Shown piece by piece: positions 47,525 through 56,388 of a stretch of 64,000 bases of DNA. Origin of the DNA: Oceanospirillaceae bacterium (GTDB lineage Bacteria > Pseudomonadota > Gammaproteobacteria > Pseudomonadales > Oceanobacteraceae); the NCBI GenBank assembly GCA_002723385.1, contig PBNY01000069.1:24331-88330 (forward strand). Reading direction: 5' to 3'. Positions within the stretch are counted from its first letter, which is position 1; each line of letters begins with the position of its first letter. The notes under the pieces were generated by a model, which worked only from the letters and a program-made list of their open reading frames with translations, ran no database searches and was not told the DNA's origin. A program made the position numbers and the translations under genes.

Positions 47525-48480
47525 TGAAATATCGGGTGTTTGAGTGGAATTTGTGGAGTAGCCCAATGCGGTCTTTACCGAGAGTGCTGGCCCTCGTGGC
47601 TGTGTATATTGCACCGCAGCTGCACGCTGTGGAGGAACCGAACGTCAATCTCGATTTGCCTGTGACGTTTAACATGGTGCTCAATGCCTTGCCAGACGCC
47701 GCCGATGCCTATGTGCGTCTGGAGCGTGACATCGGACAGCTAGAAAATCTGATGCGCAATGCCGAACGCACGCACAGTGCAGCGGTGAGCGAATATACCC
47801 GGTACAAAGAGCGTTCGGATAATGCTTACAACCAGAACGATAGCTTCCGGCTGTTTCGTCAGCTGGATCAAAAGCAGGTTCAGCAGAACATTCGCACCAC
47901 GGTGTATGACCTCAACCGCTTGCAGCGCAAACTGAATCAGTCCATGAGCCAGTACGAAGCCCTGAAACAGCAGGTGTTGTTCGCCTATATCGAAAAAAAT
48001 CAGGTACCGGTGGCGCAACTGCATCAGCATTTGCTGGACGGTGAACCGGTCGCCTTGCTGCCGAGCCAGTATTCGGAAGTGTTGGAATATCTGCGCAGTC
48101 TTGAAAAGAAACCGGCTCATCTTGCCAGAGCGCTCGACAATGCCAGTGTGATGGCGATCCTGCCGGACCACATCAAGGAGCAGTTACTGCTGCTGAAAGA
48201 GTCGGGCGTCTCCATGTCCCAGGCTCTGTCGCGCCCCGATATCCTTCAGGTTGTGGTGGCTAATCTGGATATGGGCGATGCACGCGTCAGTGATGAGGAG
48301 GACCTCAGTGTGCTGAGTGTTTACCGAACCGAAACGGCGTTTCAGGAGGTGGATGTCCAGGCCACACCGTTGCAGCTGAGCAGCTACCTGGATGCGTACA
48401 TGGTCGAGATGAACGATCTGGTTGAACTCTACGATCTACCGGTGCCTTCCGAGGCGGTGATCGATGCCGCTCAGCCCTGA
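47524..48480 (+). CDS. Secreted coiled-coil protein of unknown function
   Basis: 318 aa. The ATG overlaps the TGA of the giant gene by 1 nt; an alternative start M15 at 47566 gives a cleaner signal peptide (MRSLPRVLALVAVYIAPQLHA/VEEP). The central part is Gln/Arg/Leu-rich and heptad-like. I recognise no family. Confidence 0.6.
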   Translation: MKYRVFEWNLWSSPMRSLPRVLALVAVYIAPQLHAVEEPNVNLDLPVTFNMVLNALPDAADAYVRLERDIGQLENLMRNAERTHSAAVSEYTRYKERSDNAYNQNDSFRLFRQLDQKQVQQNIRTTVYDLNRLQRKLNQSMSQYEALKQQVLFAYIEKNQVPVAQLHQHLLDGEPVALLPSQYSEVLEYLRSLEKKPAHLARALDNASVMAILPDHIKEQLLLLKESGVSMSQALSRPDILQVVVANLDMGDARVSDEEDLSVLSVYRTETAFQEVDVQATPLQLSSYLDAYMVEMNDLVELYDLPVPSEAVIDAAQP

Positions 48481-48524
48481 ATGACACGACCGATAACAAT
48501 AACGATCAGGAATCCGATCCTCTC

Positions 48525-49907
48525 ATGCGTTCACATACCAGCCCTCTTGCTGCATCCCTGTTAGTTGGTCTGTTGTTATCAGGAGCCGCACAGGCTGAGC
48601 AGGAAACCGAAAGTGAAGCCACACCAGCCTGGCAGATGTTGTCTGTTAGCCAGCTGAATGACCGTATCCTCAAGGCCACCAAAGAAGTTAATGCCAAGGA
48701 GTACGCCATCGCCTGCAGTGAGCTGCTACTCCTGCCTCAGGAAGTGCACGAGTTGCAACCACAGCTGACCTACAACACCTGGTTCTTGTTGGGGCAGTGT
48801 CACGCTGGACTGGGTCTCTACCCGGAAGCACGAAGCTATTTTCGCAAAGTTGTTGAAGCTGATCCAACGGCGGCCAGACCTCGTCTGGATCTGGCACTGG
48901 TGGAGCAATATCTGGGTAACTTCAGCGCTGCCAACGAGCAGTTTGATTATCTCCGCGATGACGAGGAATTGCCGGAAGAGATTCAGGATAAAGTCGATGC
49001 CATCTATGGTCAGCGGCCCGACCGCCTACGCTACTTTATTGAAGGCTATTTCGGCACATTGACCGATTCCAACATCAACTATGGCCCGGAATCAGACGTC
49101 ATTCGTATTTACGACAAGGACTTTGTCTTTAATCGGGAATCCCGCCCAATCTCCGGTAACGGCACCAATCTTGGTGCCCGTCTGTCGCTGGAAAAACTGC
49201 TGGACAGGGATACACGGCTCAGTGGTCGTTTGAGTCTCGATACGGTGACCTACACCGATAACGAAGATTTCGACAGCAGTATTCTGGATCTGAACTTCGC
49301 CTGTCGGCAGAAGTTATGGAGCGGCGAATACATGATCCAGCCGCGCTATGCCTCGGTCAAGCTGGGAGAAAGTACGCTCTTCACCGTGATGGGACTGGAC
49401 GGCGGATACGCCTGGCTACAGGGCGACAACCTGAGGCTGACCGGGCTGCTGGGCTATAAAAATTACACCTACAGCACCGATGACCGCCGGAATACCGGCG
49501 AGATCAAACCGCAGTTTCTGGCCAATTATCGCTATTCCGGCAAGCTTATTTTTAACGGGCGTCTGGGCTATGCACTGGGCAGTGCATCGGAAGAATCCTA
49601 CAGCTATACCGATCTCGAACTGGGCGCTGGACTAGACTACGCCTTCAGCTCAACGCTGATGTTGAGCCTGAACTATGAAATGAGCAGCACCAGCTACAGC
49701 GCGGAGCTTGAAGGCTTCGATACCGTGCGCCAGGACGACCGCACCAAGCTGAGTGCGGAACTGAGTTACAACCTGAAGCAGCTGGGCGAGTTTTTCAAAC
49801 GCTTCAACATTGATGCAGGCATGCGCGAATACACGAACAGCTCCAACGTAGCGTTGTTCGAAAACAGCCGCACCCAAACCTACATCACCCTGCGCGCGAC
49901 ACTGTGA
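48525..49907 (+). CDS. Outer-membrane protein with N-terminal TPR-like region and C-terminal beta-barrel; Slam/DUF560-like
   Basis: 460 aa with signal peptide ...LLLSGAAQA/EQE. A TPR-like stretch is YNTWFLLGQCHAGLGLYPEARSYFRKVVEADPTAARPRLDLALVEQYLGNFSAANEQF. It is followed by ~12-14 amphipathic beta-strand candidates (RLSGRLSLDTVTY, LRLTGLLGYKNYTY, LIFNGRLGYALGS, LMLSLNYEMSS, TQTYITLRATL). The size and TPR+barrel layout match Slam proteins. The family assignment is not verified; I give about 0.45 for Slam specifically. Confidence 0.7.
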   Translation: MRSHTSPLAASLLVGLLLSGAAQAEQETESEATPAWQMLSVSQLNDRILKATKEVNAKEYAIACSELLLLPQEVHELQPQLTYNTWFLLGQCHAGLGLYPEARSYFRKVVEADPTAARPRLDLALVEQYLGNFSAANEQFDYLRDDEELPEEIQDKVDAIYGQRPDRLRYFIEGYFGTLTDSNINYGPESDVIRIYDKDFVFNRESRPISGNGTNLGARLSLEKLLDRDTRLSGRLSLDTVTYTDNEDFDSSILDLNFACRQKLWSGEYMIQPRYASVKLGESTLFTVMGLDGGYAWLQGDNLRLTGLLGYKNYTYSTDDRRNTGEIKPQFLANYRYSGKLIFNGRLGYALGSASEESYSYTDLELGAGLDYAFSSTLMLSLNYEMSSTSYSAELEGFDTVRQDDRTKLSAELSYNLKQLGEFFKRFNIDAGMREYTNSSNVALFENSRTQTYITLRATL

Positions 49908-50170
49908 TCGTCATCGCGTGCTCGCTACCGAATCACTTCCTCACACCCAACTCCCTGTTTTTCGGGTAATCACAGGCTTCTGAGATGTCCTCTTTGCTGA
50001 CCTTGAAGAAGTACCGAAACGCTTTCGGTGTCTCTGCCGAGGCCAATGCCAGCCAGATATTCGTCTACAAGGCCTGAGTTTTGCTCCAAACGGGTTATTT
50101 GATGACAGTCTATCGGAGCAGAAAGTCTCAAGTGTCCGATGTGTGTCAGAAGTTGAACTGGAGGAGGAGC

Positions 50171-51070
50171 TCACTCCCCGGATGTCGGCATATCCAGTGT
50201 GATCAGCCGCAGTTCACCCATAAACTCACGGGCAGCCGGGCCAATGTGATCCTTGTCCTTGTAGTTCATATAGAAGCTGGCGGAGCGGGTAGCGCCTTCT
50301 TTCAGTGACAGTCGTTTGAGCTGACCACTGGCAAGCGCATCGCTGATGGCCGGGAACGGCAGCCATGCGTAGCCCATGCCGGATTGCACCAGTTCGATCG
50401 AAGCGCGCATGTTGCTGACGGTCCAGCGTTGCTCTGCGCCCAGCCATCCGGCGCTGGTTTTGTTTTGTGTGGCAGAGTCGCGCACGATTATCTGGCGGTA
50501 GGATTTCAGATCTTCATACGTCAAGGTTTTGCCGAGCTGATGTAACGCATGGTGTGGATGAGCCACGGCGACGAACTCCAGCAGGCAGAGCTCTTCGTTC
50601 AGGTTGGTGTCCATCGGGAATGGCGACAGGGCAATATCGGCATCGCCGTCCTGAATCAGCTCATTGCTGCCCGACAGCACGGTGTCGATGATGTCGAAAT
50701 GCACCTGCGGGTAGAGCGCCGAGACTTTCTCCAGGGTCTGAAACACGATCTTCTGTGGAAAAGCCCCATCCACGGCAATGCGCAATTCCGGTTCAACGCC
50801 ACTGCTCAGCGATTGGGCAACCGCTTCGATGCGATCCGCTTCTTCGAGCAGGTATTCCCCCCGCCGCAATAACAGCTCACCCGCTTCCGTCAGTACCGCC
50901 TTGCGGCCCGAGACTTCGAACAGCTTCACTCCCAGCGACTCTTCCAGCTTGCCCACGGCGTGATGAACGCTGGATTGGCTCTTGTGAACCTGAAGTGCAG
51001 CCTGATTAAAACCGCCTGCAGTAACGACGGCTCTGAACATACGCCATTGTTCCAGGGTGGTTCTTTGCAT
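50171..51070 (-). CDS. LysR-family transcriptional regulator
   Basis: I prefer the ATG at 51070 (299 aa). The HTH region is MQRTTLEQWRMFRAVVTAGGFNQAALQVHKSQSSVHHAVGKLEESLGVKLFEV, and a LysR substrate-binding domain follows. Confidence 0.85.
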   Translation of the reverse strand: MQRTTLEQWRMFRAVVTAGGFNQAALQVHKSQSSVHHAVGKLEESLGVKLFEVSGRKAVLTEAGELLLRRGEYLLEEADRIEAVAQSLSSGVEPELRIAVDGAFPQKIVFQTLEKVSALYPQVHFDIIDTVLSGSNELIQDGDADIALSPFPMDTNLNEELCLLEFVAVAHPHHALHQLGKTLTYEDLKSYRQIIVRDSATQNKTSAGWLGAEQRWTVSNMRASIELVQSGMGYAWLPFPAISDALASGQLKRLSLKEGATRSASFYMNYKDKDHIGPAAREFMGELRLITLDMPTSGE

Positions 51071-51216
51071 AGCGGGGTCTGCTCTGTGGATGGGTGATGG
51101 GAGAGTGTAGCACTCTGATGTTTCCGGGCGGGATCGGGTGAGACTTCGGTCAGACATCAATGCGGTTCCCTTGGCCTATTCAGCGGACAGGGGAATTTCC
51201 AGAGTTAAGGGAGGGG

Positions 51217-52149
51217 CTATTGAATCGCGCTCAGGATTTTCTGGAAAGTCGCCATTTCGTCATCACTGAATGACTCAAACACGGCTTGCTGGCGGTCGAT
51301 GGAAATCTTCCACAGGGCTTCTGCCTGAGCATTTCCGGCGCTGGTCAGCGACAGGGAATCGTCAGACTGGGCAACCCATTCCTTGCGCTTCAGAGTTTCC
51401 AGTGCAGCGTACAGGTCCTGATCCGGCATACCGATCAGTTGCTCCAGAGACTGTGCGCTCATGGAACCGACGTCATTGAGCGTCATCAGCATTCTGGCTT
51501 CAATGGTTCGCAAGCCGGTAGCCAGTTGCAGTGGCTGGTAGGAGGCCTGATAGCGTCGCACCGCCTGAATCATCTGAAAATACAGATTGTTCTCAAGCAG
51601 TTTTTCCGTGATGCCGCTGGCGTCGGTCTCTGCCACCTGGGGCTTGGCTCCAGAGTGTGGAATCACAGCGGAATAGGCGCCACCATGATAGAGCAGAGGC
51701 GAACGGCCAACGTCGTCAAAGGCAACCACCTTGCCGATCAGAATCCAGTGGTCACCGCCGTCGATGCGTTCATGGTTTTCACATTGGAATCGCGCAGAAC
51801 AGTCAGGCAGCAGTGGCGCGTTACCCACGCCGTTTTCGTAATCGACGCTGGCGAACTTGTCATCTGACGGCCTTGCGAAGTGGTTCGACAGGTTGATCTG
51901 ATCTGCGGCCAGAACGTTCACCGCAAAGTGACTGGCCTGATCGAAAATTTTCACACTGGCTGAGCTTTTCATGATGCTCCACAGCACCAGTGGCGGATCC
52001 AGTGAGACTGAATTAAAGCTATTGGCGGTGACACCGGCCTTGTCGCCGTCCGGGGTACAGGCGGTGATCACGGTCACACCGGTGGCGAAGTTACCCAGTG
52101 CGGCGCGCAGTGCCTTTGGATCAACCGCTTCTGAAATTTGAGAGGACAT
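51217..52149 (-). CDS. Flavin reductase (HpaC/C1-like) fused to a C-terminal MarR-like winged-helix domain
   Basis: I prefer the ATG at 52149 (310 aa). The N-terminal flavin-reductase fold includes LGNFATGVTVITACTPDGDKAGVTANSFNSVSLDPPLVLWSI and DGGDHWILIGKVVAF. The C-terminal ~130 aa look MarR-like (GLRTIEARMLMTLNDVGSMSAQSLEQLIGMPDQDLYAALETLKRKEWVAQSDDSLSLTSAG). Confidence 0.8.
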   Translation of the reverse strand: MSSQISEAVDPKALRAALGNFATGVTVITACTPDGDKAGVTANSFNSVSLDPPLVLWSIMKSSASVKIFDQASHFAVNVLAADQINLSNHFARPSDDKFASVDYENGVGNAPLLPDCSARFQCENHERIDGGDHWILIGKVVAFDDVGRSPLLYHGGAYSAVIPHSGAKPQVAETDASGITEKLLENNLYFQMIQAVRRYQASYQPLQLATGLRTIEARMLMTLNDVGSMSAQSLEQLIGMPDQDLYAALETLKRKEWVAQSDDSLSLTSAGNAQAEALWKISIDRQQAVFESFSDDEMATFQKILSAIQ

Positions 52150-52229
52150 GGCAATTCTCCGAAAGAGTGGCAACCCATCTAACGCAAATTAGATGGGCAT
52201 TGAAATACAGCCCGGTTAGAACCTGGCGA

Positions 52230-53753
52230 TCAGCTCAGTACCGGGGTTTTCCAGCCGTCGACGTCGTACTCGCTCATGCACTTCTCAGACAGCTCACGCA
52301 TTTGCTTCATGGTGCCCATACCGCGAGCGGCACCCAGACATTGCAGGCGCACAGCGTCAGCGGTGCCGGAGTAGTTCAGCTCGTACAGGTGATGACGACC
52401 ACCGAATTCGGAACCAATGGCGTCCCACAGCAGCTTCATGACCTTGATGCGCTGGGTGTGTGGAATGTCGCCGGAGCTACGGCAGTAGCGTGACAGCAGC
52501 GTATCCAGATTTTCGTTTTTAAGGTCGAGGTTGCTGCCTGGCAGGTAAATAAGGCCACTGGCTGCGGTGGTTTTGATGATGTGGTAAATCTTGTCGTAGG
52601 CCACCGGAGCGAACGCCCGATAGTTGAAGGCGGATTCTACTGGCGGCAGGTAGGCTCCGGACTTCCATTCCTGAGACGCCAGACACATGTGGTCTGTGAT
52701 CGACCAGAACAGGTTACGCCAGGCCACCACGTCTCCGAGTTCGGCGGAGACGTTACGGAAGTCGATGGCGCCGGTGCATTCCAGCGCCTGCTCCAGCAAA
52801 CCGGCGAGGAAGTCCAGTTTCACGGCAAAACGGGTACAGGCTTGCAGCGGGTACAAACGACCGAATCCGGCGGCGTTGATCCACTGGGTCAGCTTGGCCT
52901 TGTCCTTGTAAATCAGCACGTCTTCCCACGGAATAAACACGTCTTCCAGGATCAGGATAGCGTCGTTTTCGTCAAAACGGGAAGACAGCGGGTAGTCGAA
53001 CGGCGATGAGGTATCGGTGGCGTTTTTCTCGTAGGACACACGCGAGATCAGCTTCAGACCCTTGGCGTTCATCGGTGTGATAGCCAACAGCGCCATGTCC
53101 GGGTCATCACCAATTTCCTGAACCGCCGCCTGACCGATGAAGTTGTAGTGGGTCAGTACCAAGTTAGTAGCGACCACCTTGGCACCGGTGACGTAGATGC
53201 CCGCGTCTGTTTCCTTGGTGATGTGAATGTACACATCTTTCACTTCGTCGCTGGACTTGTTGCGGTCAATTGGCGGGTTAACAATGGCGTGGTTCAAGTA
53301 CAGGCAGTTTTCCTGAATGCGCTTGTACCAGCTGCGGGCGTTATCGGCGAAGTCGCCATAGTATTCGGCATTGGCACCCAGAACGTCACCAAAGGCTGCC
53401 TTGTAGTCGGCGGTACGTCCCATCCAGCCATAACTCATACGAGCCCATTCTGCGACGGCGTCACGTTGCTCCAGCAACTCTTGCGGCGAACGGGCGTAAC
53501 GGAAGAACTTGTGGGTGTAACCACCGCTGCCGGTATCGGTTTCCCAGCACAGCTTGTCCTTGGTTTCGGGGTTATGCAGGGCATCGTACATGGAGGCAAT
53601 GGTCAAAGCCGCATTGCGGAAGGCCGGGTGTTCGGTGACGTTCTCGACGTGTTCACCGGCGTAATACACTTCACGACCATCGTTCATACTGGCAAGGAAT
53701 TCCTTGCCGGTGAATGGACGTCCGGATTGCTGGATATGGCTTTCAGGCTTCAT
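52230..53753 (-). CDS. hpaB: 4-hydroxyphenylacetate 3-monooxygenase-family oxygenase component (HpaB-type, FADH2/FMNH2-dependent)
   Basis: I prefer the ATG at 53753 (507 aa). The N-terminus FTGKEFLASMNDGREVYYAGEHVENVTEHPAFRNAALTIASMYDALH and the overall length are typical of HpaB. It sits 80 nt upstream of the reductase gene. Confidence 0.8.
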   Translation of the reverse strand: MKPESHIQQSGRPFTGKEFLASMNDGREVYYAGEHVENVTEHPAFRNAALTIASMYDALHNPETKDKLCWETDTGSGGYTHKFFRYARSPQELLEQRDAVAEWARMSYGWMGRTADYKAAFGDVLGANAEYYGDFADNARSWYKRIQENCLYLNHAIVNPPIDRNKSSDEVKDVYIHITKETDAGIYVTGAKVVATNLVLTHYNFIGQAAVQEIGDDPDMALLAITPMNAKGLKLISRVSYEKNATDTSSPFDYPLSSRFDENDAILILEDVFIPWEDVLIYKDKAKLTQWINAAGFGRLYPLQACTRFAVKLDFLAGLLEQALECTGAIDFRNVSAELGDVVAWRNLFWSITDHMCLASQEWKSGAYLPPVESAFNYRAFAPVAYDKIYHIIKTTAASGLIYLPGSNLDLKNENLDTLLSRYCRSSGDIPHTQRIKVMKLLWDAIGSEFGGRHHLYELNYSGTADAVRLQCLGAARGMGTMKQMRELSEKCMSEYDVDGWKTPVLS

Positions 53754-53940
53754 CTGAGTACTCCGTTCAATTCTGGGTTTTATTCTTGTTGGCGTGATAA
53801 CGAAGATCAGGTTACGCAATCAGAACGGAGGAGCCTGTCCTCCAAAAATGAGGACAAGCCTTGGGCTGGCGTAAATTGGAACAGGCTTTGAACCTGAGCG
53901 GAAACAAGCTTGTGAGCATGAGCTGAAACAGAAAAAGAAC

Positions 53941-54699
53941 TCAGCGACAAAGATCAAACAGCTGGGCGCGGGAACAGATGCCCAGTTTGTCGTAGGCGCG
54001 TTTGCGATACGTGACGATGCTACTGGCGGCAATGCCGAGGTCATAACCAATGGCTTCGGCTTTTTTACCCGCCAGCATGGCTTCACAGACCTGTCGTTCG
54101 CGCTCGGACAAGGGCGCCAGCGGCCCCTGATTCAGTAACTGATGATTGAGCAGATAGTGCTTGGTGATCAGAGTGGCGATCAGCCGGGCGGTGTCCAGCT
54201 CCAGCCGATTTGGCTTGCAAGCATCCAGAGGGGGGCCACCGAACAAATCGGCATAAGGCGTGCGACGGCTGTAGAGATTGATGTAGAAATTGCCGTCACT
54301 GGAGCTGCAAACAATCGACCACTTGTCCACAAATCCCGGCCCGGTGATAAAACGCTCGCGGTACAGGCGTCCCATTTTTTGACACACACTGGACAACGGC
54401 AAGGTGATCAACTGTCCAGGCTGACACTGCTGCACCGTTTTGAAAATGGGATCCTGACGATAATGCTCTTCCGCAATGTACGACAACGCCAGCTGACGCG
54501 CCCGTTGATCACGGCTGAAATCTTTGGAAATCAGCGTGGTCAGGCGGTCACCATCGGGACAGAAAAACACCATACACTGATCCGTGCTCAGCTCCTGATG
54601 CAGCCAGTCGAGAAACAACCCGTAAAAGCCGGGAGTGCCCAGCGACTCCAGCAACTGCAGATGGTGTTCGGTATTGAGGGCAAGTATCTGCTCATCCAT
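53941..54699 (-). CDS. LuxR-family transcriptional regulator
   Basis: 252 aa with a C-terminal LuxR HTH (LSERERQVCEAMLAGKKAEAIGYDLGIAASSIVTYRKRAYDKLGI). I could not assign the N-terminal sensory domain. Confidence 0.8.
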   Translation of the reverse strand: MDEQILALNTEHHLQLLESLGTPGFYGLFLDWLHQELSTDQCMVFFCPDGDRLTTLISKDFSRDQRARQLALSYIAEEHYRQDPIFKTVQQCQPGQLITLPLSSVCQKMGRLYRERFITGPGFVDKWSIVCSSSDGNFYINLYSRRTPYADLFGGPPLDACKPNRLELDTARLIATLITKHYLLNHQLLNQGPLAPLSERERQVCEAMLAGKKAEAIGYDLGIAASSIVTYRKRAYDKLGICSRAQLFDLCR

Positions 54700-54770
54700 G
54701 GGGATGGACGCTCGTTGTTATTGTTATTTCAGAAATCCGGATTAGTTGGACAGTATAACAAATAATGAGC

Positions 54771-54800
54771 AAAAACCTGTCCCCATCGACAGGGGACAGG
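54771..54800 (-). terminator. Rho-independent terminator downstream of the DUF3422-like gene
   Basis: A perfect 9-bp stem pairs CCTGTCCCC (54776-54784) with GGGGACAGG (54792-54800) around a 7-nt loop. Read on the minus strand, it is followed by TTTTTG (54771-54775 are A on the plus strand). Confidence 0.7.
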
Positions 54801-54816
54801 GCGAGCAGGAAAGGCG

Positions 54817-56082
54817 TTAATCCTCATGAAAAGGTTTCATGATGCGCCTGACGTAGAGGTAAATCCCGATGGTGATTACTGGCAGTGCGGCAGTGAGCAG
54901 AGTCAGGAAGAACGCCAGCTGCTCGCCTTCCGGGAACAGGTTTTTCAGCACCAGATCAGAGAGGTCATAGAGGTAGTAAGCGACCACAACCACAGAAAGG
55001 CCTTCGAGTTTGGCTTGCAGTCGCAGGCGGTGATGATCGCGTTTGTTGAGTGCTTCGAGCAGTTCCTGGTTCTGGTTTTCAATCGCCAGGTTCACCTGTG
55101 ACTGAATCAGCTCGGTAGCGCGCGCGATGCGTTTGGACAACAGTTCGGTGCGCATGGCGGCACTGCGGCAGGTGCGTCTGGCCGGGTCGAGGTGGCGTTC
55201 GACAAACCCGCGCATGGTGAGTTTGCCTTCCAGCTGTTTTTCTCCCAGTTCTTTCATACCGCGTTCCACCAGGGTGAAGTAGGCATCGCTGGCTCCAAAG
55301 CGGTTGGCGGTTTCGGCGGAGATGGCTTCCACTTCGGCTGCCAGTGCCATCAGTCGTGCCAGCATGTCCGACAGGTCTTCATCCAGCGAGCGCTGAGACA
55401 GCTCGGCCAGTTTCACGTCCAGCTGGGTCAGTTTGGGCATCAGTGAGCGCGCCAGTGGCAGCGACAGCAGCGCCATATTGCGGTAGCTCTCGATTTCACA
55501 CAAACGCTGTACCAGACGCCCGGCTTCGCTGGCCGAGAGAGCATGGTCCTCAATCAAGAAGCGGGTAAAGCCGGTATCGGTTTGACGGTCGTAGTCCGAC
55601 ATCAGTACGGCAGCGCCATTCAGTACCCGAGAGCCAATGGTTTGAGCCATTCCCTGTTCCGTCTGCTGCCAGGGAATGATGGGGGAGTCCGATCGCCCCA
55701 GTCGCAGTGGTCGTGATTTCTTGCACAGCAGAATTTCTACCCCGGAGAGCAGCGCACCGGGCAACGAAGTCAGCCAGCTGTCGGCCAGTGGGAGCGGTTC
55801 CTGATGATCGAAACGGTAGCAGGTCAGGCTGTAAAACTCGTTATGAGGTTCGTATCGAATGGCGTGTTTGCCCTGACGACAGAATAGAAAACCCTGATGC
55901 TCCAGCGGTACATCGAACAGCTGGTTGCGAACGGTATCCAGTACGCTTTGTTCGATATCCGCGGGATTTTTGCCGTCGTACAGCACCACTATGTGCAGCA
56001 CGGACAGTGGCGCTTCCAGTGTCTGGAATGGCCGTGCGTGTACTTCGGCTGCAATCTGTTCTCTCTGGTGATGCGTATACAT
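54817..56082 (-). CDS. DUF3422-like membrane-anchored protein
   Basis: 421 aa. The N-terminal REQIAAEVHARPFQTLEAPLSVLHI resembles the DUF3422 start motif (..ElHaRPf..l..P). There are two C-terminal TM helices. Confidence 0.55.
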   Translation of the reverse strand: MYTHHQREQIAAEVHARPFQTLEAPLSVLHIVVLYDGKNPADIEQSVLDTVRNQLFDVPLEHQGFLFCRQGKHAIRYEPHNEFYSLTCYRFDHQEPLPLADSWLTSLPGALLSGVEILLCKKSRPLRLGRSDSPIIPWQQTEQGMAQTIGSRVLNGAAVLMSDYDRQTDTGFTRFLIEDHALSASEAGRLVQRLCEIESYRNMALLSLPLARSLMPKLTQLDVKLAELSQRSLDEDLSDMLARLMALAAEVEAISAETANRFGASDAYFTLVERGMKELGEKQLEGKLTMRGFVERHLDPARRTCRSAAMRTELLSKRIARATELIQSQVNLAIENQNQELLEALNKRDHHRLRLQAKLEGLSVVVVAYYLYDLSDLVLKNLFPEGEQLAFFLTLLTAALPVITIGIYLYVRRIMKPFHED

Positions 56083-56388
56083 AGGTTCGCCTGTTGTCTT
56101 ATTCCGGTTGATCCATCAAAAGTTCGGACTTTACTAAAGTCGGATTGCAAATAAGAGTAGGCTGTTGGTCTGTTTGGGCCGTATTCCCAATCAGGAAGGC
56201 TGATCGGGAATATGGCGGCGACAGTACTGCCGATTTTCGGGTATCAGAAATACGAGCTCATGGGCACTGAACACCAGCTTCGGCCCGAGCAAATGGCACT
56301 GACCCAGAGTTTGTGCTTCATGCGAGCGGTTTTTTTCGGCATTGGCATCAGAGCTTCGAGTTGGCTCAGGCGAGCTTGTGAAGGATAG

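Noticed and set aside
49941-50174. 77-aa minus-strand ORF in the 260-nt gap after the OMP gene (possible mobile-element or antitoxin remnant)
   Set aside because: I translated the alternative frames by hand. None shows an integrase, transposase or HTH signature that I can defend. I treat it as intergenic.
53830-53860. Hairpin GGAGGAgcctgTCCTCC followed by AAAAA, considered as a terminator for the LuxR gene
   Set aside because: On the minus strand the T-run precedes rather than follows the stem. On the plus strand there is no U-tract. The orientation is wrong for either neighbouring gene.
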